Source of the DNA: Octopus sinensis
Taxonomy: Eukaryota
Direction: 5' to 3'
DNA length: 64,000 nt
Assembly: GCF_006345805.1 (NCBI RefSeq)
Contig: NC_043000.1
Location: forward strand, 40,486,001 to 40,550,000
Shown one piece after another: positions 38,051 through 49,075 of the stretch; the stretch's first letter is position 1, and each line of letters starts with the position of its first letter. Below the pieces are notes generated by a model, which ran no database searches, had not been told where the DNA came from, and was given only the letters and a program-made list of their open reading frames with translations. Position numbers and translations under genes: made by a program.

Positions 38051-38435
38051 GGGGGAAGTTAAGCGAACCTCATTCATATTTTGAATTTGGCGGTGCTAAC
38101 ATCAGCGGTCTAATGCCGTTAGGTGGAAAGATTCGTTCAACTATTCTAGTACCTTCGAATTATCGTGGAAAGCCATGCTGATGAAGAATATGGTTAGTAA
38201 AGTATAATTTTATATTCTTTATGAAAAACCTAATTCAGAAACGGGCGTCCATGGACGATCAGATATTGATTGATTTTCGTTGCTTTACTCTCTGCCTGTG
38301 TGAATAACCTTCAAGTATTTTGGCTTCTCTGGGAGACCCTTTTTAAAGTAGAAGAAATAGCTAAGATTTTTGGCTGCTTTTTCTAAACTTCAGTGTGTGG
38401 TGAAGCAAATCTTTGCTGAACCCTTTTATTAGTAT
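38050..38435 (+). mobile_element. Non-coding HHR-bearing repeat, divergent relative of 39550-40398
   Basis: Shares TCATTCA.A.TTTGAATTTGG.GGT, TTCTAGTA, CTTCAAGT, AATAGCTA..TTTTTG.CTGCT.TTTCTAAA and GTGTGTGGTGA.GCAA.TC.TTGCT.AACCC with 40000-40398. Confidence 0.75.
38173..38254 (+). ncRNA. Type I hammerhead ribozyme motif
   Basis: CCAUG-CUGAUGA-A-GAAU..43 nt..AUUC-A-GAAAC-GGGC-GUC-CAUGG; predicted cleavage after C38249. Confidence 0.75.
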
Positions 38436-38689
38436 ATATATATATACTTTTCTTCTTTTACCGGTTTCTATCGTTCCATTACGACTATGCAGTGAAACTA
38501 TCTGAAACGGTTTTAGTCAATTATATCGGATCTAACAGCTATTTTCTCGATCGATATTTATCGAGCGACTGAATTATATTTTGACAGAAGATTGGTTTGA
38601 TTTTTTTTCAACCGTGGGTGTTGTATCAAATATTAGAACTGCTAAATAAAACAGATAAGAAACGAATTTTCTCCAAGATTTCTTGCGAT

Positions 38690-39270
38690 TAGAAACATGA
38701 GTGATGACACTCAATCTGAAGAAAACCAAATCAAAGAAAAATAGAAGTAATGCACAGAAATGCATTTAAAGAATCTGATAAAGTCACTGGAACATGTTAA
38801 TATTGACTACTTTGATTATGGAAGCAGAAGATGGAAAAGCTTTAAAGGAAATTAAGAATGGAAAAATGGCTGGTGTAGATGAATTCCCAACTGAACGGTT
38901 TAAAGCACGTAGCAATGGAAACATAAATATTCTCGCAAACATTTGTCAAAAGATCTGGTCCCAAAAGCAATAGTTTTCTGATTCCAAGAACAAATCTATA
39001 TGCTTTTCCATTTTCAAGAAAGGAGATGAAAATATCTGTTCAATTTATCGGAACTTAGCGCCTTTTCTTTTTTCTCTCATGCATGTAAAATCCTGCACTT
39101 AATTCTATATAATGATAGTCACTGTTTAGTAAAAGACAAACTACCCGAGAACAAACCGAGTTTTGGAAAGAGGAGAGAGAGATGCCAGAATGTTAATATA
39201 AGATGAATACTAATGAAATCACGAGTTTAAAAAGAAATTTGTGTTCTTGCTTTATTAACAGCGTAATTAT
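38690..39270 (+). mobile_element. RTE-like LINE RT 5' relic
   Basis: KALKEIKNGKMAGVDEFPTERFKA...LANICQKIW...FKKGDENICSIYR. Confidence 0.7.
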
Positions 39271-39549
39271 AATATAGAGTAAGCCTGTTGCAGTACAGCA
39301 AGTTTTAGTGGTTCAGTCTAATGCATACACACATATATACATACAGACAGGCAGACAGACAGACAGACAGACACACACACACACCACACACATACACGCA
39401 CACACACAAACACATACTCACACACAAGCACGCACGCACACACATGCACACACACAAACACACATGGATTATGTATATATGTATGATGTATATCTATATA
39501 TATGGTTTGAACATGCTAATTTATCAACATTGAAACATTTTAATTTGTC

Positions 39550-40398
39550 AAAAGAAGTTGGGTAAGATATAATTATCTAATTCTTATGCTTCCCTAAAAC
39601 TTAATTTCGAAACGTACGTCCGTAGGTGACTTAAAATTGTATGATAGATTGCCGTCATTTCATTCTCTCTTACCTGTCTGTGTTTGCCTTTCAAGTGCTG
39701 TGTTTTTACTGAGATCTCCCTTTTAGTAGAAAGAATAGCTATAACTTTTTGACTGCTATTTCTAAATTCGGTGTGTGGTGAGGCAATTCGTTGCTAAACC
39801 CTTAATTGCTTAGTATTACTTAAATTTTCCTCGAATGAGGCTTTTACATGCCGAAATCTACTTGGTGTAATTAATAATTATTCCAAATTAATTAATTTCA
39901 CCCTATATTGTTACTGATAGCCATATTTCATCCCAGTAAATGACCACAGCATCTTGTCTTGGCTACACGCGGGTGGGAAGGGGCTGGTGACACAAACTTT
40001 CATTCACACTTTGAATTTGGTGGTACTGGTAACGGCTTTAGCTAGCTCTGATACTGAGTTGAGATGATGCCTTCTAGTATCTCGAAATTTAATATACAAT
40101 TATTCATAATTGTAGTGTCCTACTCTGATGAGAAAAGAAGTTGGGTAGATATAATTATCTAATTCTTATGCTTCCCTAAAACTTAATTTCGAAACGTACG
40201 TCCGTAGGTGACTTAAAATTGTATGATAGATTGCCGTCATTTCATTCTCTCTTACCTGTCTGTGTTTGCCTTTCAAGTGCTGTGTTTTTACTGAGATCTC
40301 CCTTTTAGTAGAAAGAATAGCTATAATTTTTTGACTGCTATTTCTAAATTCGGTGTGTGGTGAGGCAATTCGTTGCTAAACCCTTAATTGCTTAGTAT
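39550..40398 (+). mobile_element. Retrozyme-like non-coding element: ~1.45 copies of a 582-nt unit, with ~265-bp direct repeats carrying HHR sequence
   Basis: 39550-39816 is near-identical to 40133-40398 (about two differences seen); no ORF; ends at (TA)n. Confidence 0.8.
40119..40208 (+). ncRNA. Type I hammerhead ribozyme motif
   Basis: CCUAC-U-CUGAUGA-GAAA..51 nt..UUUC-GAAAC-GUAC-GUC-C-GUAGG; predicted cleavage after C40202; U-C mismatch at the base of stem I. Confidence 0.7.
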
Positions 40399-40405
40399 AT
40401 GAATA

Positions 40406-40439
<34 letters not shown>

Positions 40440-40860
40440 GGCGTCGGAGTGGCTGTGTGGTAAGTAGCTTGCTTACCAACCACATGATTCAGGGTTCAGT
40501 CTCATTGCGTGGCACCTTGGGCAAGTGTCTTCTACTATAGCCTCGGGCCGACCAAAGCCTTGTGAGTGGATTTGGTAGACGGAAACTGAAAGAAGCCTGT
40601 CGCATATATATATACATACATATATGCATATATATGTATGTTTGTATATGTTTGTGTCTCTGTGTTTGTCCCCCAACATCGCTTGACAACCGATGCTTGC
40701 GTGTTTACGTCCCCGTAACTTAGCGGTTCGGCAAAAGAGACCGATAGAATAAGTACTAGGCTTATAAAGAATAAGTCCTGGGGTCGATCTGCTCGACTAA
40801 AGGCGGTGCTCCAGCATGGCCACAGTCAAATGACTGAAACAAGTAAAAGAGTAAAAGAGT
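40440..40860 (+). mobile_element. SINE family A, full length, well preserved
   Basis: Complete head, internal microsatellite and tail GGCGGTGCTCCAGCATGGCCACAGTCAAATGACTGAAACAAGTAAAAGA. Confidence 0.92.
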
Positions 40861-40944
40861 AATATATATATATACCGGAGTAAGCACATAAATGTGAAAC
40901 AAGGTGGAAAAAATACTCAAATACCAGACGTAGAGTAATATGGT

Positions 40945-41052
40945 TTATTAAAAGCAGCAGAAATATTCCAAACACTTTTATTCAGAGTTTCATGAACGGG
41001 AACGTGAAACTCTGTGTAACAGTGTTTTTGATATTTCTGCTGCTTTTAATAA
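40945..41052. repeat. Fold-back inverted repeat in (TA)n context
   Basis: TTATTAAAAGCAGCAGAAATAT / ATATTTCTGCTGCTTTTAATAA; inner CAGAGTTTCA / TGAAACTCTG. Confidence 0.8.
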
Positions 41053-41107
41053 TATATATTATATATATATATATATTATTAATTGTTAACAAGGCAAAAA
41101 TACACTC

Positions 41108-41207
<100 letters not shown>

Positions 41208-41238
41208 GTCTGTCTATCTATCTATCTATCTATCTATA

Positions 41239-41288
<50 letters not shown>

Positions 41289-41291
<3 letters not shown>

Positions 41292-41405
41292 TGTGATCAC
41301 GTGACCGACAGACCATCAGATGTTGCTACACATCGCTGGTCACAATGCGTTCGCATTGTTTTAGCCTTCGAACGACGCCACCCCGCTGGCTAAGCGAGCA
41401 GGCCA
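41289..41405 (-). repeat. Second stand-alone copy of the ~115-bp structured tail, in (TA)n
   Basis: Reverse complement of 1475-1591 with the same boundaries. Confidence 0.85.
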
Positions 41406-41491
41406 TATATATATATATATATATATATATAGACGGGTGTCAATTCCTTACAGCTGTTTCCAACGACATTTTCTTGATTAATGATACATTA

Positions 41492-41863
41492 TCTCTCTAT
41501 ATATAAACGGCAGTTTTCTGTGCGTGTTTCTGTGTGTCTGTTTGCTTTACCTTCACCCTGACCACGGCTTTCAACCGATTCTGATGAACTTGACACACAC
41601 ATAGCCCAATGTCATAATTCAAAACTAACGCAGCGAAAATTTTGAAAAGTTCCCCCAGTTCTAAAAAAAATCGATAAATTCGACATGGGGTCCAGAATCA
41701 GAAACACAAACTGTCTAGGGGATGCAACTCCACCTTTTTTAACTAAAAAAAAAATTTACCATCATTTTTTTCCATTTTTTGCTATTTTTTGGCTATAACT
41801 CTCTAAAAATGCTTTATAGTTATTTCCCTTACAAACCTGAGCAACGCCGGGCGATACTGCTAG
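41492..41863 (+). mobile_element. Non-autonomous Helitron
   Basis: A|TC 5' start (TCTCTCTATATATAA), subterminal hairpin-like CCTGAGCAACGCCGGG, 3' CTAG|T; no TSD. Confidence 0.8.
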
Positions 41864-42181
41864 TATCATTATAAAAAACCGTTTCCTTCAGATGAATACA
41901 CGAACTATACAATGAAGGGCATGCATGTATGTGTGTGAGTGAGTAATTAAGATTCGGTTGAATCAGGTACTTAAATTGAGGCACCTGTTTAGGTCGATCT
42001 AATTTGCTACCCAAACAATATCAGGTGAATATCAAACTCTGTGCAGAAGTGCTTGCACTTCATATTTTTGCAATGTATGCGGATAACACGACCCAACTTA
42101 GTGAAGAGATCTGCTCTTGGTTGTTCTATAAAATTTCTATAAAATTTCCTAAGTGCAGATTCCAAGGTAGGTGAATAAAAT

Positions 42182-42637
42182 ATGAGTAACAAGGATGTAC
42201 AAATGTTAATTCAGTGCGGCCGTTTCAAGCGACTCCTCAAAATGTTTAATGAAACATTACATTATTGCAAAAAACTGTTTTCGTCAGATGGCTGCATAGA
42301 CTTCAAACACGAAGAACAAACCAACTACTCTAACATACTTGTTTTGAAAAATAGTCAATGTAGTGTCGAATCTACTAGAATTTAGTAGATTTGACACTAC
42401 ATTGACTATTTTTCTTAACTCATTCTGCCTAAGATATAGCAGCAGAATCAATGTAAATATATAAACTCCGTTGCTGATACGAATATGTTAAAAGAATTGA
42501 CTTGTACTGTGTTTGAAGTGTATAATCATCTGACGAAAACGGTTTCTTTACAATAATGTAATGTGTTCATTAAGGAATTAAAGGAGTCGCTTGAAACGGC
42601 CATAATGAATTGATACCTGTACATATTTGTTACTCAT
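42182..42637. mobile_element. Fold-back/MITE-like element with long imperfect TIRs and an internal 32-bp hairpin
   Basis: ATGAGTAACAA/TTGTTACTCAT, GGCCGTTTCAAGCGACTCCT/AGGAGTCGCTTGAAACGGCC and GTTTTCGTCAGATG/CATCTGACGAAAAC; hairpin 42346-42414. Confidence 0.8.
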
Positions 42638-42965
42638 TTATAGTTATATATTGCTGAACAACCTACACAGATTATTTTGTGATATACGTTAGCTCACTCC
42701 CCCAAACAAATCGACATTGCCTTTATTGGTGCACGATTTGCCGCTCGTCACCTGTCGAAGTGCAGCATGCTATGAAACGTTTTTGCTCATCTAGAAGAAA
42801 AATATTAAACAATATGCATTTTATGGTTGTATCTATTTACTGTAAGCTAAAATCCACTGCTCATCGTTTCACGTTCCAGTTTCCATTGGTAGTGAACATT
42901 GAATCAACTACAACCAATGAATTTAGTTTCTCTCATTACAAATCTCGTGAAAATGTTTAAATATA

Positions 42966-44596
42966 CAGTTGCGGCCAAAATGTTCAGAACGGCATTGTTT
43001 TCGTCAGAAAAGTAGGTATAAGTTTTTATCAAAGTTGTTTTATATTCTATAAATTCCACAGACAATAAATACAATATTAATTATTATTGTCTGAGATTTT
43101 GGTGTGATTTGAGAGGATAATACAAATGTCATGGATGATTTAGTGATTTACTGCAAAACCCATGGCGGCCAAAATGATTAGAACGGTTGAAAAAAAATAA
43201 CAAAATAATCAAGAATGACAGAGAATACTGGAATTTTTTAATATTTAGTGTGAAGCCCTTTAGCTTCAATCACACTTTGACATCTTCGACTGCATGAGGA
43301 AATTAAATTTTCAATTTCTTGCTGGGTGATCTTATTCCATTCTTCCTGAAGGGCATTCCATAATTGCTCGGTTGTTTTAGGATTTTTGGCTTTCAAACGT
43401 TCTCCTAGAATATTCCACACATTTTCAATAGGATTAAGATCAGGGCTTTGAGCAGGCCAATCCATAACAATAATCTTTTCAGCCTTGAGGAAGTTCATGA
43501 CCACCTTAGCCTTGTGACATGGGGCATTGTCCTGCATGAATATGGGTGATCGCTTAGTTGAATTTCTCAGCACAGGCAAGACATGATCTTTTACAAGTTG
43601 TTTATAAACTCCTGCATTTACCTTTCCATGTAATTGCACCAAAGGGCCCATACTAACTCCAGATATCATCCCCCAAACCATGACACTTCCTCCACCGAAT
43701 TTAACACTAGTCTTAAGGCATTTAAGCGACAATTTTTCACCTGCTTTTCGACAAACGTACCTTTTCCCATCTGAGCCAAATAACATAAACTTAGATTCAT
43801 CACGGAAATGCACCGTTTGCCATTTTTCTTGAGACCACAACACATGTTCAGTTGCAAAGGTAAGACGACACTTTTTATTCTTGGAGATGATGAGTGGCTT
43901 CACTGCAGGTGCTCTTGCTTGTAGGTCATGTTCAACTAAACGACGAGACACAGTTTTTCGAAATAAAGTTTTCTTCAGTACAATGCTCATTTCCCGAGAA
44001 ACAGCAGCAGCAGTTTTAAATCTGTCCTTTTTAACCAACTTTACCATAGCACGATCTTCTCTCTTGGCCGTTTTTCTTGACCTACCTGTAGACTTTCTTG
44101 CTTTACACGAACCACAATCATCGTAGACCTTAAGAATATCGTGAACAACACTTTTTCACTTGTTAACAATCTTTGCAATAGACCCAATACTTAAATTATC
44201 CTTCTTTCGAAGCTTAATAATCTGCTAACGAATTGGTAACGGAGTAAGTGGCATTATATTAACAAAGTACACTGTAGATACTCTTACTAATGTTTAGTAA
44301 ACGAACCGCCAGGTAAACAAATTCAAAACATTAAAGTTCACCGGTTAAATATACTAAAATACGGAGTAAAAGCAACCGTTCTGATCCTTTTGGTCGCCAT
44401 GGGTTTTGCAGTAAATCACTGAGTCATCCATAACTTTTGTATTATCCTCTCAAATTATACCAAAATCTCAGACAATAACAATTAATATCCTATTTATTGT
44501 CTGTGAAAATTATAGAAAATAAAACAACTTTGATAAAAACTTATACCTACTTTTCTGACGAAAACAATGCCGTTCTGAACATTTTGGCCGCAACCG
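42966..44596 (-). mobile_element. Full-length Tc1 (DD34E) transposon, IR/DR type, TA target-site duplication
   Basis: ~224-bp TIRs (42966-43189 and 44373-44596), each with two GCGGCCAAAATG.T.AGAACGG-like direct repeats; TA on both sides. Confidence 0.95.
43238..44254 (-). pseudogene. Tc1 transposase, 338 codons with two in-frame stops near the N-terminus
   Basis: ATG at 44254 is in frame with ORF 43238..44047; stops at codon 10 (44225-44227) and codon 33 (44156-44158); GRSRK, DESKF, QDNAPCH..SPDLNPIE (D34E). Confidence 0.92.
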
Positions 44597-44619
44597 TATT
44601 GCTGGCTATTAATAAGATC

Positions 44620-45098
44620 TTTATCTCTTTTATCTTTTATTTGGTCCAGTCACTGAACTGTGGCAATGCTGGCGAATGGTATTGAAGTGTTTAGCCAATC
44701 AAATTGCCTCAAGTACTTATTTTAAATCTGATACTTGTTCTAGCAGCCTCTTTTGTCGAACCGCTAATTTACTGGTTGTCAAGCAATGTGGGGACAAACA
44801 CACAGTTACATACAGACAAGCTCACACACATGCAAATAGACATCTCTCTCACATACATACAAATAGACATCACACACTCCAACATGCACACACACGCACA
44901 CAAACACACATACACATATACATACACACACACACACACACATACACGACAGGCTTTCACAGAGTTTAGTCAACTAAATTTATCACAAGCATTGGTCAGT
45001 CCAGGACTATTGTAGAAAACACCTGCCCAAGTTGCCGCGCTGTGAGACTGAACACGAAACCACATTACTGCGAAGTGAGCTTCTTAACCACACCTGCA
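44620..45098 (-). mobile_element. Degenerate SINE family A copy
   Basis: Reverse-complement homology to 40440-40860. Confidence 0.75.
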
Positions 45099-45489
45099 TA
45101 GATTCTTACTTTTTGTAATATATCGCAAGTGATCCCTGATTGATGACAAACTTCTAGTCAAACGCGTTCCGACCGAGATCATTCTGTATATTTTACCAGA
45201 AAAATCGTATTTACTGTTACATACACATATACAATGTGCCGTAGCCAGAGAAGAATCGCTGGATTGACTGACATAACATCAATCTCGGGATTACTTTAGT
45301 CTCTGATGCCAGACTTCTGAACAGTCGTACCTTTGTACTTTTATTGCATACATTTGGGGGTATAATGTAGTTTTTCTTAGTAAATCTACAATCATCAGAC
45401 GTGATTGGTTACTTTCTCCATACTTATGTTAAAGCGTATTATAAGATTAAACAAATATTTGTCTTTGGAACCAAGGGCTATACCAACCC

Positions 45490-45780
45490 CTAACAGTAAC
45501 AAAGGCTCCAATCACCTATCTAGATTAAGGTTCAGATACTGCAATAGGTTCAGTTTTAAGGGCCCACGTCTGTTTAATATTTATCCGAAAAAACCTGGGG
45601 GGGTCTACATGCTAAGAGGGTAGATATTTTCAAGAAGAACTTTGGCCTTCCGCAGTCCAATTTCCCAGATGAGCCGATATCGCACTCCCTAATTCATCAA
45701 GAGCCAACCACATAAGAATGGTCATTGAAAAGATAATAAAAATTCGACAGCATGGCTACAGCCTTTGGGCTGGAACACAT
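45490..45780 (+). mobile_element. CR1/L2-group LINE 3' end
   Basis: RFRYCNRFSFKGPRLFNIYP...VDIFKK...FPDEP; ends CAGCATGGCTACAGCCTTTGGGCTGGAAC. Confidence 0.7.
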
Positions 45781-46473
45781 ATATGAATAAAGTAATTTAA
45801 TGAAAATATGTTACAAAATATTCGATAAATTATAAATTTATAAACATATAAATTTATAAAAGTATAAAGAAATATAAAAATAAATTTCCAAAATCATAAA
45901 GGCATAACTTCGTTATATTCACTTCACGTACATATCTAAGCACAAACATAGACGCTCTCCTAAGCAAATACATTTTCATACGTACATTCTTTTTACACCG
46001 ATGCGCGCTTAATGAATAAATAAAGCTCCCTCCACGCCTAAGATTGGAAAAGAGATATGTTTTTAAAATGGAAGAGCGATATATGTTGCTTTAAGGCGAT
46101 GGAGCAACGAAATGAGCTGGATGGACAATAGATAATGGATAGTTGAAAATATGTCATGAATATTAAAAAGGTGTTGTGCACTATAGAAAGTTGATATGAC
46201 TTATTAAGAAAACCAAAACTCAGTAACTCGTGAAAAATACGTTATGTGTAATGAATATATGTGAATAAAAAATATAGGTATATAAATTTATAATACATAT
46301 AGATGTGATGTGTGTGTGTATGTATATATACTCACACGCGTGCACATACACATGCACACAGATACAAACATACACACAAACACACACATATATATACATA
46401 CATATAGATACGTATAATATGCATAGATACACATAATATGCATAGATACACATATATAAACAAATATATATAT

Positions 46474-46758
46474 GTGGAGGCGCAATGGCCCAGTGGTTAG
46501 GGCAGCGGACTCGCGGTTGCAGAATCGCGGTTTCGATTCCCAGACCGGGCGTTGTGAGTGTTTATTGAGCGAAAACACCTAAAGCTCCATGAGGCTCCGG
46601 CAGGGGGTGGTGGTGATCCCTGCTGTACTCTTTCGCCACAACTCTCTCTCACTCTTTCTTCTATTGGCCTGCGTCATTTGAGGCTAAAAAAACAATGCGA
46701 AGCGCATTGTGATCAGCGATGTGTAGCAACATCTGATAGCCTGTTCGATCACGGTGAT
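46474..46758 (+). mobile_element. SINE family C, tail type 2 (OR1/OR2-like)
   Basis: Head and body shared with 26856 up to CTCTCACTCTTTC; 3' tail matches the 1475-1591 repeat; (TA)n flanks. Confidence 0.85.
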
Positions 46759-46767
46759 ATATGTATG

Positions 46768-46802
<35 letters not shown>

Positions 46803-47894
46803 CATACGTATGCATATATAATACATGATGTATGTATGTATGTATGTACGTACATACGTACGTATATATGTATGCAAGTATGTATGTATGTATGTACGTA
46901 CGTACGTGTGTATGTATGTATGTAAGTATGTATGTATGTATGTATGTAATAATAAGCACTGGATCAAGAATTTTACTAATTAGTGAAAGAAATCAAAACT
47001 GATTTTGGAAATGAAATGAATTAAAAAGCCGAATACAAAATAAAGCCAAATGGATTTAAAATTAAGTAAAGATGACCTAAAGTGAATCGAAGTGATGCAA
47101 AATCGGAAATGGGCGTTAATTGAGCATTGAAATGGTAACTAAAAGTTGTTCTTTTTTTTTAAATGCGAAATGAAGCAATGAGATGTTGCTCGGACGGATG
47201 CATAGAGCAACTGGCAGCGGCTAATGTTTTTCTTAATGAAGTCTATGCAAGTTAATAAAAATAGCTCTAACACTTCAAGATGGTTTCTTTTTATTTTTTA
47301 TTCTATTTTCCCTCTCCTTCTTTTATTCAGACAAAAGCAAGAGCTCTATATATAAGGGTAATTTGTTTATACCGTGAAAAGGGGTACTTTGATGTTTGTA
47401 AGAATTTAATAGCGCTACAAGATTAGTCACTTAATTCCACTTATTCTTTATTCGTCATTCGTCTAATGCAGTTCAATGCTTTATTTCTCTAAAATATCAT
47501 TCTTCCAATTTTTTTTTTTATATGCATCTTTCTATCGATCTCATATTTGAATGGGTTTTATCTATTGATTGAGCATGCGCACATGTAAAGGAACATATGC
47601 AGTCGAAAGTATGTGAGATTATGAGTATGATTACGTCTGTGTGTCTGCTTATAGGCATATAAGCATGAATATGAATACATTTTTATACGATTATGAATTT
47701 ATAATTTATCATGTCTATATTACCTACAAATATATAGATAGATAGAGAGAGGGGGGAGAGTGAGCCAGAGACGGGGGGATTCATCAGATAAAGGGACATT
47801 TTTTAATGTTCTTATACATCTTAATTATAAAGCAAAACCACCCATACAGCCCCCTACAATCGTCTAGTCAGGGGCCAGTATTATATTGATTTCA

Positions 47895-48030
47895 AATTTT
47901 GGCACAGGGCTAGCAATATCGACCATAAAAGGATGAAAGGCAAAGTTGAACTCGGCGGAATTTGAACTCAGAACGTGAAGTCGGACGAAATGTCGCCAAC
48001 GGCGAGCTTAACGTTTCTGCCAGTTCACCA
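47895..48030 (-). mobile_element. SINE family B fragment
   Basis: GGATGAAAGGCAAAG...GGCGGAATTTGAACTCAGAACGT...AACGTTTCTGCCAG. Confidence 0.8.
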
Positions 48031-48489
48031 CCTTACACCTAGCATTATATTGAAATAGTTTTTATGTGTGTGAGTCTTTTGTGTCTTTTTTTTTTTTTTA
48101 GGGGACGAACTATATGTATTAGTTATACTTACTCTAATACTTACTATAGTCTGAAGGTACGAATCGCGAATCACTGAAGAGATTTGCGTGCGTGTAGGGG
48201 AGTATGTGTGTGTTTGAGAGAGATCACATGCATACGTACATATATGCACATACTTATTAATACACATACATATACACATATATTTTTATATATGTATGTG
48301 TGTGCGTGCGTGCGTATACGACCGATTGTTATATCTACTACGTCACATTGAAAGGAGAAAGCAAATATCACCTAACTTTATTGTTAGGCGCTTCTATGAA
48401 ATCCAGCGAAAATGCTGAACTCCTCCTTAGTGCTAACAAAACAAAAATTACGACCAACCAAAATCAAAAACAAATAAATAAATAAACGA

Positions 48490-48910
48490 AAAATAGACAA
48501 CATCACTATACATAATGGGGGAATAGAAAAATGAGACATTAGAAGCAAGAAGAAACCTAATCCTTTGGATCAAGAATCTTGAATAAAGTTGACCGTTACA
48601 TAAAAGAAATAAAGATGAAAACGGTAACGTCCAAATCGGTAATAACAAAAACAGATCGTGATTTGTACGGACCAAAATATGTTAAAAGAACTGTTAAATT
48701 CATTAATCTGAAATTTGATTTATTCAAGTCATGACCACAGAGAAGGAAGCATGATTAAATTACCAAAGAAATGATCAGAATGGAATCTTTCGAAAATGTG
48801 GCGCTAGAGAGAATAGCATTCTAATTTTATTTTCTGAAAAGCACACAAACATCAGTTCTGTAAAACAATAAAAGGAAGTAAATTACTATTTAATCAGAAT
48901 AGTCAACATT
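48490..48910 (+). mobile_element. Highly decayed RTE-like LINE C-terminal fragment
   Basis: ATGGAATCTTTCGAAAATGTGGCGC resembles the (I)E(A/S)FEMW motif with a frameshift. Confidence 0.35.
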
Positions 48911-48940
48911 AAGAACAAATTTATTTTATTTATTTTATTG

Positions 48941-49019
<79 letters not shown>

Positions 49020-49075
49020 TACACTCACACATACACGTATATACATAATACATGCATACTTACATACATATGTAT

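Noticed and set aside
42529-44565. CTGACGAAAAC motifs at ~42530 and ~44555 (and CTGATGA at 41581)
   Set aside because: Parts of DNA-transposon TIR or Helitron bodies with no stem II or downstream GAAA
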